A stretch of 63,957 bases of DNA, filler included, from Squatina squatina (lineage: Eukaryota), in assembly GCA_031763465.1 (NCBI GenBank). It is 4 parts of 2 records of this genome, joined end to end, with 100 filler letters (N's around TTAATTAATTAA, not from the genome) between each part and the next. Parts side by side here need not be neighbours in the genome. Positions count along the whole stretch, not along the records: positions 36,795 to 51,001 come from JARFOE010000168.1; positions 51,102 to 63,957 come from JARFOE010000046.1; 2 more parts are not named here. One strand, written 5' to 3'. Shown here in pieces: positions 50,754 to 63,252 of this stretch (position 1 is the first letter of the stretch; each line of letters starts with the position of its first letter). Below the pieces are notes generated by a model. It ran no database searches, was not told where the DNA came from, and was given only the letters and a program-made list of their open reading frames with translations. The translations under genes and the position numbers were made by a program.

Positions 50754-50944
50754 TCAAGGTTACAGGGCTGCCCACCGAAGAGACAGGTCAGAATGAAGTC
50801 CTCGCCCTGCTCGCCCATTGCCAGGCGGTCTGATGGAGGCACGTTTGACAGGATGCTCATGTAGTGCAGGGAGTACCACTCACTCATCACCTCGAGCACT
50901 GTGCTGAAGTTCCTGTATATACAGCCTGACCTGTCCTCATTGCA
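50754..50944 (-). CDS. SCNN1B: Epithelial sodium channel beta subunit exon (191 nt)
   Basis: ttttag|CNEDRSGCIYRNFSTVLEVMSEWYSLHYMSILSNVPPSDRLAMGEQGEDFILTCLFGGQPCNL|gtaagt. YRNF..EWY..CLFG..PC motifs; convergent with COG7 as in tetrapods. Confidence 0.87.
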
Positions 50945-51001
50945 CTAAAAGGAAAGCACAAACATGGTGTCACACTCACTGTGCACACTACGTACTGCAC
51001 A

Positions 51002-51101
51002 NNNNNNNNNNNNNNNNNNNNNNNNNNNNNNNNNNNNNNNNNNNNTTAATTAATTAANNNNNNNNNNNNNNNNNNNNNNNNNNNNNNNNNNNNNNNNNNN
51101 N
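51002..51101. other. Artificial scaffold linker N44-TTAATTAATTAA-N44
   Basis: Same construct as 22570-22669. Confidence 0.97.
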
Positions 51102-51259
51102 CCACCCTCCTATGCCATCCCTCTTGCCACGCATTCACCTTATCTATCCTCCTGTTTCTGCTCTCGCTGGTGCGTGGCACTGGAAGTAATCCTGAGATTA
51201 CTACCTTTGAGGTCCTGCTTTTTAATTTGTCTCATTAACTCCCTATATTCAATGTTTCC

Positions 51260-51735
51260 CCATTGTGGCATCCAGTTCTTTCTTAAATGATTCCAGGATT
51301 TTTGCCTCCATTGCTATATCTGAAAGGTTATTCCAAATGTTGATCACGCTGTGCGAAGAAGAATTTCCTGATGTCAATCCTAAAATTACCTTTTGTTACT
51401 TTGAACCCGTGTCCCCTTGTTCAACTCTTGCAATTTAATTGAAAGTAATTTTCCGGATTTATTTTTTCATTTCCATGACAATCATATATACCACTATAGG
51501 ATCACTTATTGGCTGATGCCTCATATTTAGACTGCAAAGCCCAAGTTTCTCCAGTCTTCCCTCATAACTTGGACCCATGAGATTAGAGATAAGCCTCGTG
51601 GCTCTTCTCTGCACTGCCTCCTGGCACTTGAATTGTCTTCATTATTTCTTGGTGATCAGCACTGGATATGTTACTCAAGGTGTGTTACAACCAGAGCACT
51701 ATACTGTTCAATCATGATGTCTTCCAACCTTACAT
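51260..51735 (-). mobile_element. CR1 LINE ORF2 3' fragment (degenerate)
   Basis: Typical minus-strand CR1 text cccaagtttctccagtcttccctcataact...gctcttctctgcactgcctcc...cagcactggatatgttactcaaggtgtg. Confidence 0.65.
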
Positions 51736-52224
51736 CATGACTTCCTCTGATTTTACATAAACATTTAAAAAACACACATTACCTGTGTTCACCTTTTTCC
51801 TGATATTTGCCTTTTTTTCCTCTTCTGTCTCTGTTTTAACTAATAGGACTCTTTTTCTAATGTTAAAATATTTCACTGTCTTATTTTCTTCCACCAACTC
51901 ACTCCCACTATCCGATGTGTAATGTGGTATCAGCTTTATAAAAATTGCCATTTACCCGGACCATTCCATAGAGCACATCCCGATATGTCAAAACTAAGAA
52001 AATGGCTGCCAAAGAGTGCTGATAGATGGGCCTCACCACTTAGCAGTGCCCATGCAAACTACTCAAGTGGGCTTGATGGCTTTGTAACCATATAAAAGCA
52101 AAAATTAAAAAAAATATATATTCCATGAGAAATTAGGCTAATAAAAAGATCTTTGTGCGGTAACATATTAAAGAATAAGTCCATTAAAAGATGAGATGAA
52201 ACAGTTGTATGAAAAGAAAACACA

Positions 52225-52602
52225 GCCACTTCTTTGACCTTGCCATCTTACTTGACCTCTCTGCACCCATCACCTCGATCACTGACAAGGCCATCACTGA
52301 CTATTTCTGTGTATCCCTCACCACCTACATCCCTCACTCCCTTCTAAGTCTGCTTCCTTCTGCATCTGCTGCTGGAATAATCTCTTCCCCAAGTCACTTA
52401 CAACTGCACTTTCAAACCCCAACTCTCTAGCTTCTGGCCTCCATTTGCCAGAATCCACAACACATATCTGCTCAACAATTCCCTCATCTCTGCCTTTGAT
52501 GCCTTTATCCCTGTAAAATGATTACTCTTTCAACCGAGTCATTCCCTCGGTATGGCCCTCCCCCACCCCATCATTGCTCCCTCAAGTCCAAGGGTTGTGG
52601 GC
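52225..52602 (+). mobile_element. L2 LINE endonuclease-region fragment (degenerate)
   Basis: FDLAILLDLSAPITSITDKAITDYFCVSLTT resembles the LDL...SDH end of L2 APE domains. Confidence 0.5.
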
Positions 52603-53484
52603 NNNNNNNNNNNNNNNNNNNNNNNNNNNNNNNNNNNNNNNNNNNNNNNNNNNNNNNNNNNNNNNNNNNNNNNNNNNNNNNNNNNNNNNNNNNNNNNNNN
52701 NNGTCTATTCAGCACAGCTCTTAGCTGCTGGAGCCACTCCAACTTCTCTCCGCATTCCAGCCTACATTGGGTGTGGGCTCGCAAACAGGCTGTAAAAGGT
52801 AGCAGATCTGCCAATGGCAGACAACAGTTATCCTGACTGACTGCAAGGGTGCTTTGGCATATGCTTCCCTTTATCTGAGGAGGTGGAGCAATATTGATAG
52901 TGCAACTGTATCTTACTCCCTCACAGGGACTGGTGTAAGATTAAATTCTTTCCATAACACTAATAGCAACACCGAACTGTTCGCTCCTTAAACAGCGTCA
53001 CAAGTCTATTAAGAGTCACCCCGCAGACTCATGTGGCTAATAATGACTGTCTCCACTAACAGGCTAGAGAAACCTTTAATATTTTCCACATGTTACTGAT
53101 CACAGTTAAAATAGCTGTTACTTAGAAGATAATTATGAGTCTCTTTAGGGCTCAATCTGTTCAACTCATTGACTGATTTCATAGAGTCAAATTCATATCC
53201 TGCAAGGTTAAAACTGACTATCCCACAGAAAACATTAATACAGCTTAATTTTCAAATTGTTTGCAAACAAGTCAAATGTAATTAAACTGCAAAATAGAGA
53301 TAATTATTTGTGGATTAAAAGCTTTATTCAGAGCATGTTTTCAACATTCCTGTCTGTGACATCAGTACATTAGCTTTTAATACTGAATTGTGAAAAAGCT
53401 CCCAATAATTAGCAGTCTTTCTTTTCCCCATGTCCTCCCCTCCTGAAGACACTGGCTTATAATAAGGTATAGAAGGAGAAGAAA

Positions 53485-53702
53485 GAAGGAATTGAATTTA
53501 TATAGCACCTTTCACAATCTCAGGACTTCCCAAAACACTTTACAGCCAATTAAGTACTTTTGAAGTGTAGTCACTGTAGTAATGTAGGAAAGACAGCAGC
53601 CAATTTGTGCACAGCAAGCTCCCACAGACAGCAATGTGATAATGACCAGATCAAATGCATTATTTTTTTAAGTGATGTCGGTTGAGGGTTAAATATTGGC
53701 CT
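53485..53702 (-). mobile_element. DeuSINE (SacSINE1-like) 3' half; similar pieces at 18175-18234, 34320-34475, 39955-40070
   Basis: atttatatagcacctttcacaatctcaggacttcccaaaacactttacagccaattaagtacttttgaagtgtagtcactgt is the reverse complement of the tail of the 56388-56795 element. Confidence 0.75.
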
Positions 53703-55094
53703 TTCCACCATCTACAAGNNNNNNNNNNNNNNNNNNNNNNNNNNNNNNNNNNNNNNNNNNNNNNNNNNNNNNNNNNNNNNNNNNNNNNNNNNNNNNNNNN
53801 NNNNNNNNNNNNNNNNNNACATTAGCTGCGCCACCGCGTATGTGTGATATCTATCCAGCGGCGGCAGCAGCTGGTGAGTAGCCTGTGCGGGACCTCGCGA
53901 TTGGTATATGGCCGTGCGCCTATGGCGAACCTTGGATGGCAAGGGTGCTTTACCTACTTTATCTGCTAGTAGTTGTCCACTCTGACATTACATAGAAGTG
54001 AACGAAAGAATGCCATGTTCAGTTTGTGTATTTGCATAGCTGAGCAGTTAGCCTGCAGACAAAACCTTGAATTGGTTATACTGCAGTCCTGAAAATTAAA
54101 CTCTTGCCAGTGCCCATCAATGACAACCCTCAGTCTTTGCCACGTGATGGCGCTGCCTACTCCTACAATTGACGACAATATCTTACTTGCCAGGTGCCAG
54201 TGGGCTCCTGCTCAGCCATTACCTGCATTGCTGGTCAGCCAGTTGTTCCTGTAGATCTGCCACTCAACCCGCTCCCCCACCTGAAGGCTTGTTGCCCAAG
54301 TCTCCTTTTGCCAAACCAGTAGTATATTCCATGTCTGCATTGATGGGAGTAAATGAACACAGCCATTGCATATGTGCTGTCTCTCTTCCAGCTGGAATCT
54401 AAGTGAGACTCCTGTTGCATGTTGCTCTTCTGTCAGGCTTAAGTTGGGAAAGGGTAGAAGATGACAATAAAACGGCTGTACTGTTGGGAGCATTTTAACT
54501 GCAATGCACCCTCCCCACAAAGAAACTTCTCATAGAACAAACCAACAGCAGGATGTTTTAACGCACTGGTTCTTGAACTGAGGTCCCCGGCAGGTCCACA
54601 GAGACTTTCTGGGGGTCCACGAAATAATGCCTGTGAAATTGCTTACCAAGCACTTTTTTTTTAAAAAGAGACAGCGCGTGTGTGTTGTAAACATTCCTTG
54701 CAGGAGCAGAATGTGCGGACTAAAGCTATAAACCACATGATCCATGAATACTAATCCATTTGAAAAAGATCCTTTGACCAAAAACGTGAGAACCACTGCT
54801 TTAGTCTATGCTATACTGGCACCATTGCATAAAGTATAAAGACCTATGTAGAAGCCTGCTGCAAGAGTGAGGATATGAGGTGGAAACCAGCAACTTCTAA
54901 CTAAACTGAAAAAGGAAAGGTTCTGAGTGGTTCCCTGTGTGTCTTGATATTGCACACGGTTGCTGAGTGGTATATCTTTTTCTACTGCATTGGATTGGGT
55001 GCGGGGGGAGGGGTGGAGAAAGTTGAAATCCAGTTAACACTGATTTTCTCTTGACGATCTCCAGAGTTTAATTGTGCAAAATCTTTTCTTCCAG

Positions 55095-55264
55095 GTTGTA
55101 CCAGTCAGTGAAGATTTTGTATTCTTTTGGAATCTTCATCACCTATGCTGTCCAGTTCTTCGTTGCAGCCTCTATAATTGTTCCATTTGTGGTAGCCAGG
55201 GTCTCTGAACGGTGGGAGTTGTGCATTAATCTGGCTGTTCGAGCTGTTCTGGTCATAATCACCT
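55095..55264 (+). CDS. SLC36A1: Proton-coupled amino acid transporter 1, penultimate exon (170 nt)
   Basis: ttccag|[56 protein letters not shown]|gtaagt. Confidence 0.87.
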
Positions 55265-56387
55265 GTAAGTAAAAAATTTTTGAGGGCAGGGCTTCAGCAT
55301 TTCAGCAAAACTAATCACCATTACCTTCCAGGTTTTTTCCAATTCTGACAACTAAGGAGCAGTTTTCGACCCTTCATTTCAATTGTGATGGAAAAGTTGT
55401 AAAGTTGTCCTGTATTTCAAAAGATCTTGAGGCAAGTTTTAGGATTGAGTNNNNNNNNNNNNNNNNNNNNNNNNNNNNNNNNNNNNNNNNNNNNNNNNNN
55501 NNNNNNNNNNNNNNNNNNNNNNNNNNNNNNNNNNNNNNNNNNNNNNNNNNTTCAGTGTTGGTGCAAGTAACTTGCAACAGTTGAAAAATAGCTCAGACAG
55601 TGACTTGTGGCATACTTACACATTTTTAAAAAAAAAAAAAATCTTATCTGCCCCCAGAAGAGACCAGTCATTTTAAAATGATGGGGAAAAGGGTAATATT
55701 CTCTTGGAATTATTCTCCCCAACTTCTGCAGCCAAAGTTGACAGAGAGGGCTGCTGGCCTTCTCCCAGGTTTCCAACAAAGCTCTACAAATGGCGCCACT
55801 AAGATCAGCAAGAACATCTTGGAGTGGCTCTGATTTGTCATCTTTCCTAATTTGGAAGTGCTTAAAATTGGGACTTTTCCACTAGCTGCTGTCATTATCC
55901 TGCTCAACATGAGTGAAGTCTGACAGTTGAACCATTAAGCGATTATTAAACCTTACAGATCTTTTTGCAGGAGCTTGATTCTCCCAAATTTCAAGCTGAG
56001 ACTGATACAAGCTTGTGGTTATTTGATACTCAGGCAGTGGACGTGGACCTCATCCAAATCCTGTGTAGTCACATTGTGTTATGGATTATTACTTTACATA
56101 TCAAAGTATTTCAGCAGTGGAATGCTAAGTTACCTTTTTCTTTCTAGAAAATGCAGCGGCCTAAAACAAGGTTGTGTACCATAAAAAAGCTTTAGTCCTA
56201 TGGCATTTGGTCTCCAAAAGCAACATTTCACCTCGCTGAAAATGTTTATCATTTTTACGACACAACTATTTGTTGTATAAAACATTTAGCCAGTTGCAAA
56301 CCCTGACGCCAATAATGTCTATGCAAATGTTACACTTAAGTCCATTGTTTCAAGTGTGTTTTCTTTCTTAAACATTATGGTGCTTCT

Positions 56388-57118
<731 letters not shown>

Positions 57119-57594
57119 TTTGTGGCTTGCTTCTGTAGTATAGTGTCCAGAGTGATTTGGATTTGTTTGCCAATTTTTGTTTTCCCAAAGCACTTTATGG
57201 TCTTGAGTTCTGTGCAGATTAATAAGCAACAGCCTGCACAAAACTTACTCTTTTTCAGGCAGGGGCAAAGGTTGTTTTGGATGAAATGCATGTGGTTTTA
57301 TTTTCCTTGTTCATTTTTAGTGATGGACGATTATAGTTGGAAATTTCCATGTTGGCCATTGAATTCTGGGTGGAACCTGCAGGAATTGAAATCTCCGTAG
57401 TGTGGTGTTATAAAATTCGCCATAGAGTAGGTAGTTAAATCACTGGTGCTAGTCAATGAAGGTATATCCAGGCTCTCATTTGCAAATGTTGATGNNNNNN
57501 NNNNNNNNNNNNNNNNNNNNNNNNNNNNNNNNNNNNNNNNNNNNNNNNNNNNNNNNNNNNNNNNNNNNNNNNNNNNNNNNNNNNNNNNNNNNNN

Positions 57595-57872
57595 CAACAC
57601 CCAGACCAGTACCACATAGCATGATGTGCTCCTGTTGCTGAAGATCTTGTCATATTTCAGACCATGACAGATGTAACAATATCTGTTGATTGCAATGCTG
57701 GTGATGTTAAAAATGGAGCCAATCACACTCAGTCCCATGAGGAACCCACTAATTTGACAGTGGATGTACCCAAGAACCCATCCATTGTGGAATATTGCTA
57801 TTAGTATGAGTGGATAAGGATAGATTGCTACGACAAGGTCAGCGACGGCGAGGCTCACCACAAAGGCATTAC
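57595..57872 (-). CDS. MTNR1AL: Melatonin receptor Mel1d (MTNR1A-like) exon 2, 5' part (TM2-TM4; the rest is lost in a gap)
   Basis: ttttatag|(G)[79 protein letters not shown]; NRY and CYICH are melatonin-receptor motifs. Confidence 0.88.
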
Positions 57873-58528
57873 CTATAAAAGAGCACAGCTGGTTAGTTTG
57901 GCAGTAAACATCATTGCTTTTAACTATGATGGTTGCATTAGAATCTGTTAAACATACAGCAGGTGGAGGAGGGAAATGCTAAAACACTTCATCAATCATT
58001 TAGTCATTCTAACTCCCAATTCCAATTAGTGTTCATTTGGCCGCAGCATAACTTGGAAAACAACTGGTCCTCAATCCCAATGTGACTGTTTTCCTCTTGT
58101 TAATCTGCTCTGTTCTTGGGCAAGCTACCAGAGTGCCATGAGTTCCAGTAGAACCTCACTGCAGCATGAAATCATTCCGTCAGGAGGGGAGGGGAGAAAA
58201 ATGTTAGTAAAATATGCACAGGAAAATGCAAGCCACTGTGCAGAGACCAGTGGGTGGTCTTTTCCAGATTCATTTTCCGTGGTTGGAAGCAGTAATGGGT
58301 AGCCTTATAACTGGNNNNNNNNNNNNNNNNNNNNNNNNNNNNNNNNNNNNNNNNNNNNNNNNNNNNNNNNNNNNNNNNNNNNNNNNNNNNNNNNNNNNNN
58401 NNNNNNNNNNNNNNGTGTTAACGGGCACTGGTTTAGGCTGGGCGGTGCCGGCTCCCTGTGGCATGATATTGGGTAAAGTCCACTCCCTCCTCTCCTCTCC
58501 TTACAAAGTTAAAGCAGTAAGAACTTGC

Positions 58529-58712
58529 CTGCTTTCCGCAGTTTCTTGTTTCTGAACACTGATACGATGACCAGGACGTTGCCCAGAATATCGACCACGA
58601 TGGTGAAGATGAGGACGCTGGCCAGAGTGCTGATCACCCAAGGGCGCCTGTCAGGGAGCCTCTCCGCATCTGCAATGGAGAGATTATTCGGCAAAATCCT
58701 GTTCCCATTCAT
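58529..58712 (-). CDS. MTNR1AL: Melatonin receptor Mel1d (MTNR1A-like) coding exon 1 (184 nt), GC donor
   Basis: MNGNRILPNNLSIADAERLPDRRPWVISTLASVLIFTIVVDILGNVLVIVSVFRNKKLRKA(G)|gcaagt; N-glycosylation sequon NLS; TM1. Confidence 0.88.
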
Positions 58713-60377
58713 CGTACGTCACATCGTAGTAGGGGAATCACTGACAGAAGTATCAATATATAAAATTAATGGGATGGAAGTAAATCCCAGACACTCCGGC
58801 AACACTAAACTTGGGCTGTTGGGTTGATCCTGCTGGTTAGAAGTGCTTCCACCTGTACCTCTCTACTTCACGCGGGTCGTCTCCTCTCCGGCTCGTTGAA
58901 CACGTCGCTCTTCCTCTGTCCCCTTTCTGGCCAGGTGCTGCATCTGCCTCGCTCCTCTGCTTTCTGTCTCGTTCCTCTTTGCCGTGTTTGGGCAGGATCG
59001 CGTGGTTCACAGTTTACTCCTGAACTGCGATTATGAGGTGAAAAAACTAATAATCGGACTGCTGGAAACAGGAGCAGGCTTTTAAGCATCTCTGTGGCAC
59101 TGGAGAGAGAAACAGCATCCAGGGTGTATGGTGTGGAGAATAGTGTGGTGTATGGTGTGNNNNNNNNNNNNNNNNNNNNNNNNNNNNNNNNNNNNNNNNN
59201 NNNNNNNNNNNNNNNNNNNNNNNNNNNNNNNNNNNNNNNNNNNNNNNNNNNNNNNNNNNNNNNNNNNNNNNNNNNNNNNNNNNNNNNNNNNNNNNNNNNN
59301 NNNNNNNNNNNNNNNNNNNNNNNNNNNNNNNNNNNNNNNNNNNNNNNNNNNNNNNNNNNNNNNNNNNNNNNNNNNNNNNNNNNNNNNNNNNNNNNNNNNN
59401 NNNNNNNNNNNNNNNNNNNNNNNNNNNNNNNNNNNNNNNNNNNNNNNNNNNNNNNNNNNNNNNNNNNNNNNNNNNNNNNNNNNNNNNNNNNNNNNNNNNN
59501 NNNNNNNNNNNNNNNNNNNNNNNNNNNNNNNNNNNNNNNNNNNNNNNNNNNNNNNNNNNNNNNNNNNNNNNNNNNNNNNNNNNNNNNNNNNNNNNNNNNN
59601 NNNNNNNNNNNNNNNNNNNNNNNNNNNNNNNNNNNNNNNNNNNNNNNNNNNNNNNNNNNNNNNNNNNNNNNNNNNNNNNNNNNNNNNNNNNNNNNNNNNN
59701 NNNNNNNNNNNNNNNNNNNNNNNNNNNNNNNNNNNNNNNNNNNNNNNNNNNNNNNNNNNNNNNNNNNNNNNNNNNNNNNNNNNNNNNNNNNNNNNNNTGG
59801 GATTGCTTGAATTGGCCTCATTATCACTGGTTTAAGGTGAAGAAAATTGGCCAAGAAACCTGCTCCCATTTGCTTTCTCACGACCCCTGGTGATTGTTGG
59901 TTAAGGACAATATCAGGCTTAGTGTAATTCCTTTTTTTTCCCAGTCAAACAGCCTACTAGTATTCATTGTCAAGGCTCACACGTGAATAATGTTTTTTTG
60001 TGTTTGGTGCTAGAGGCTGACTGGCATCTGTAAAATTGTGAAAAATAGGATCCGGCAGTGCAGGCTGTGTAGGGCAATGAGGGAAAATCACTCAAACACT
60101 GGGATGCACACATAGACAGGCCCCATTTTGTGTTTTTGTTTTAAACCCCAACATTTGGAAAAAATGAACAACTTCACAATTACTAGGTGGCCATCCACAA
60201 AATATTTAAAGATGTAAGAGACCAAGATTAAAAGAAAAGAAACACCTTCAGTATAGGCCCCCTGAAGCAGATTCATTTTTCTTCCTCAATAAAATTCCCC
60301 CAATTTACATCACCCAATAGAATAGGTGCACACCAGCAGAGTTCGACGCAGGTCATTGTCAACTTTGCCACCTAGAC

Positions 60378-60468
60378 GGTAACCTGGCGGAGTGGATTGC
60401 CCGCTCGTTGCAGAACAAAAACTGGGCGGGTTCTATAATGGGCGGGCGATCCACGTGGTCAGGTTACC
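60378..60468. repeat. 91-bp inverted repeat (hairpin), MITE-like
   Basis: ggtaacctg..gtggattgcccgctcgttgcagaac / gttctataatgggcgggcgatccac..caggttacc with a 13-nt loop. Confidence 0.75.
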
Positions 60469-61334
60469 TCTCAGGTGTCAAGGGTGAATATAGCCCTGCA
60501 ATCCTTTTGTTCATTACTGTCTCAAAGGCATTATACTGTTTGCCAATAGATGCTCTTTGACTGATGTTTAAATGCAGAGAACAGTGACATGGTGACTGTG
60601 ATTGAATCCAGTTTTTGGAATCCCTGCTGTAGGTCAGGGCAGGTGTGATCTTCAAGGCTCTCAGGTACAGCAAGCACTAGAGGCCTCCCAGAAATGTAAT
60701 TCTAAGGCACAATACAGAAATCAGAATTTAATGGGGAATGGTCTTCATGAAAAAAGTATTTGGCGAATTTTTTTATTTCAGCAGAACCTAAAGAGTTGTA
60801 TACCATCCATTTTGATCCTGATGTTATATTTGATATTTAATGCATTCTATCAGGCCTTGTCTTTGCAAACAAACAAAGAAAGGTTTTTCACGAAGTTGCA
60901 TCCCTCTAATGTTTCTTTCATTTAATATTTGTTTTTGGGATGTAGGCAATGCTGGCAAGGCCACATTCATTGGCCATGCCTAGTTATCCTGAGAAGTTGG
61001 CGGTGTATCGCCTTCTTGAACCACTGCAGGCCTTGCATTAATGGTGCTCCGAAAATGGCATTAGGTAGGGAATTCCAGGATATTGACTTAGTGATAATGC
61101 AGGAATGGCCGTACATGCCCATTCTATGCCCATTGGGACACTGAGATAAATTTCAGTGCTCTATTGCAGCCCTAGTTGAGATCAGGTAACTCAGCATACA
61201 TCTGGCACCAAACCTGGAAATTTCCTGGTCTGCACAGATCAGCTACAAACTGGGTCAACTCACTGAGCTGTTAGGAGACCCTGGGGAGAAGACTTCTAAA
61301 GTAACTTTGAAATAATTATGGTTATAACTTGTTT

Positions 61335-61592
61335 AAGCCTTCACTCAGAGAGTTGTGATTTTCTTCATTCAGGGTTGTGAATCTTTCAAATTCTCTATCC
61401 CAAAGGACTGTGGCTGCACAGCCATTGAGTACATGAAAGGTTGAGATTGATAGATTTTTGGACTCTAAGGGAATCAAAGGATATGGGGATAGTGGAGTTG
61501 AGGTTGAAGATCAGCCGTGACTTCATTGAATGGTGGAGCAGGCTCGAGGGGCCATATGGACTGCTCCTGCTCCTAATTCTTAAATTCTTAAG
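61335..61592 (+). mobile_element. CR1 LINE 3' end (other CR1 tails at 33036-33087, 41235-41300)
   Basis: ttcttcattcagggttgtgaatctt..aattctctatcccaaagg..gagattgatagattttt..gaatggtggagcaggctcgaggggccatatggactgctcctgctcctaattctta. Confidence 0.85.
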
Positions 61593-61642
61593 CCTCGATT
61601 AATAAAAAGATCCCAAAGATAGAAAACATTGATTGTTCTCAC

Positions 61643-62220
61643 CCTCGTACTCGCACTCCCAGGTCGTTTTTGGTATAGATTCATTATCCGAGTTAGATGA
61701 GGGAGGAGGAGGAAGGTTTGGTGCCACACTGCACACGACGGTTGGCCTGCACTTGCTGTGCACCGGGTTGAACGTGTTTAGGTCTGGATGTCCCTGTGAT
61801 CCAACTCCTTGGTAAGAATCTCTGTCCAAGTCATATGTGGACCCCTTGAGAATGTTGAGTGGGATGAGTGCAGATGAATGCGAATCACAGCAACTGTTCT
61901 TTGTCGTTTCACTCTTCGATAGCTCGTTGCTGCCCAGGATGCTCAGGGGAGATGGTTTCTTCTTTTTGCACTTGAACTTACGGAGGACGACGAACAGTGC
62001 AACTAAAATGCAGACCACCAGCACCGCTACTGCTATTTCGATAATTTCATAGCGACTGATGACTATCGGAGAGCTCCGCAAGTGTTCCTCCGCCAATGTT
62101 TCACACAATCTGCCAGTGTATCCAGATGTGCAGCTGCAGCTAAAGGAACCATGGAAGTTCTCACAGCTCCCATTGTTCATGCATGGCTGCTTCAGACATT
62201 CATTGAAATCCTCTTCGCAC
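61643..62220 (-). CDS. FAT2: Protocadherin FAT2 exon: last EGF repeat, TM helix and juxtamembrane tail
   Basis: cccag|CEEDFNECLKQPCMNNGSCENFHGSFSCSCTSGYTGRLCE..IIEIAVAVLVVCILVALFVVLRK..VVCSVAPNLPPPPSSNSDNESIPK..|gtgaga. Confidence 0.88.
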
Positions 62221-62551
62221 CTGGGAATTCAAAGCAAACAACCATTAGAAACAGTTATGGGGGGAGTGGGGAGCGGGGTTCCACCCAATGGTTCAGAATT
62301 AAAATCACTGTCTCTGAGGCATACAGACAAATGGACATCCCTAGTCCATGCCAACCTCAACCAGGATAGAGGCACCATGGTTGGTGACAGCTCCCCTAAG
62401 TTGCGGAAGGGAAAATGGATCAGGGTTTGTGCTCCAGAGTGTTACGTAGTGNNNNNNNNNNNNNNNNNNNNNNNNNNNNNNNNNNNNNNNNNNNNNNNNN
62501 NNNNNNNNNNNNNNNNNNNNNNNNNNNNNNNNNNNNNNNNNNNNNNNNNNN

Positions 62552-63252
62552 TGGCAGTGCTGTTGGGCACAGTTGTGATCGGAACAGCGGTGAACCACCC
62601 TCTTTATCCAAATTTCATCCCACTTCTCCAGGTCTACAGCAGAGGAGGTGAGCTTCTGTTGCAGAATGTGAGGTTTATAAAAAGAGTCTTCTGATTCCTT
62701 TACGACAAGGAGCATGTCTAAGTTCGTGGAGTCTTGCGCTGGCTGCATGCTGATGAGCTCAATGCCTTTCTTGTTAACCTGGAGGAGATTTGCCAGGGAT
62801 CTCTGAAAGTTCCGCCAGTGGTCGCTGATGAATTTCTCTGGTGTCAGCTGCACCAACTCTACCAGAATGGCGTGGTCGAGTATGTCTGGCGTCACACGTG
62901 TGACATGCACTTCTGCATCCACCGTGGTAATGAATTTTCGGTCGGTGACACTGACGTTGAACCGGTAGTGCCCCGCTTCTAAGGCGCGCTGTGCCAACAC
63001 TTTGCCATCTGCGCTGCCAACGGAAAACACACCGTCCGTCGAGAACCCCGGGGCTGTGCTATAGGTAAGAGTGTCATGAAGGTCAAGGTCCGTTGCATGG
63101 ATTTTTCCAACGAATCCTCCAGGGAACTTGCTTCTGGAGGTAACAATGAAGACTTGCAATGGAAGCACAGATGGCGGGTACCGACTTTCTTTGATCACTC
63201 GAATGTTTATAAAAGACGAAGACGATAAAGGTGGCCAACCGCTGTCTGTGAC
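62552..63252 (-). CDS. FAT2: Protocadherin FAT2 exon: last cadherin repeats (3' end truncated by gap)
   Basis: ttcag|VTDSGWPPLSS..GGFVGKIHATDLDLHDTLTYS..FSVGSADGK..GHYRFNVSVTD..LTPEKFISDHWRNFQR; FAT2-like residues and SLC36A1 synteny. Confidence 0.88.

Noticed and set aside
57331-57494. Apparent C-terminal continuation of the melatonin receptor ORF, or a truncated 4-TM receptor
   Set aside because: Lies across a 100-N gap on the SLC36A1 3'UTR contig with no GPCR similarity; the truncation is an assembly gap.
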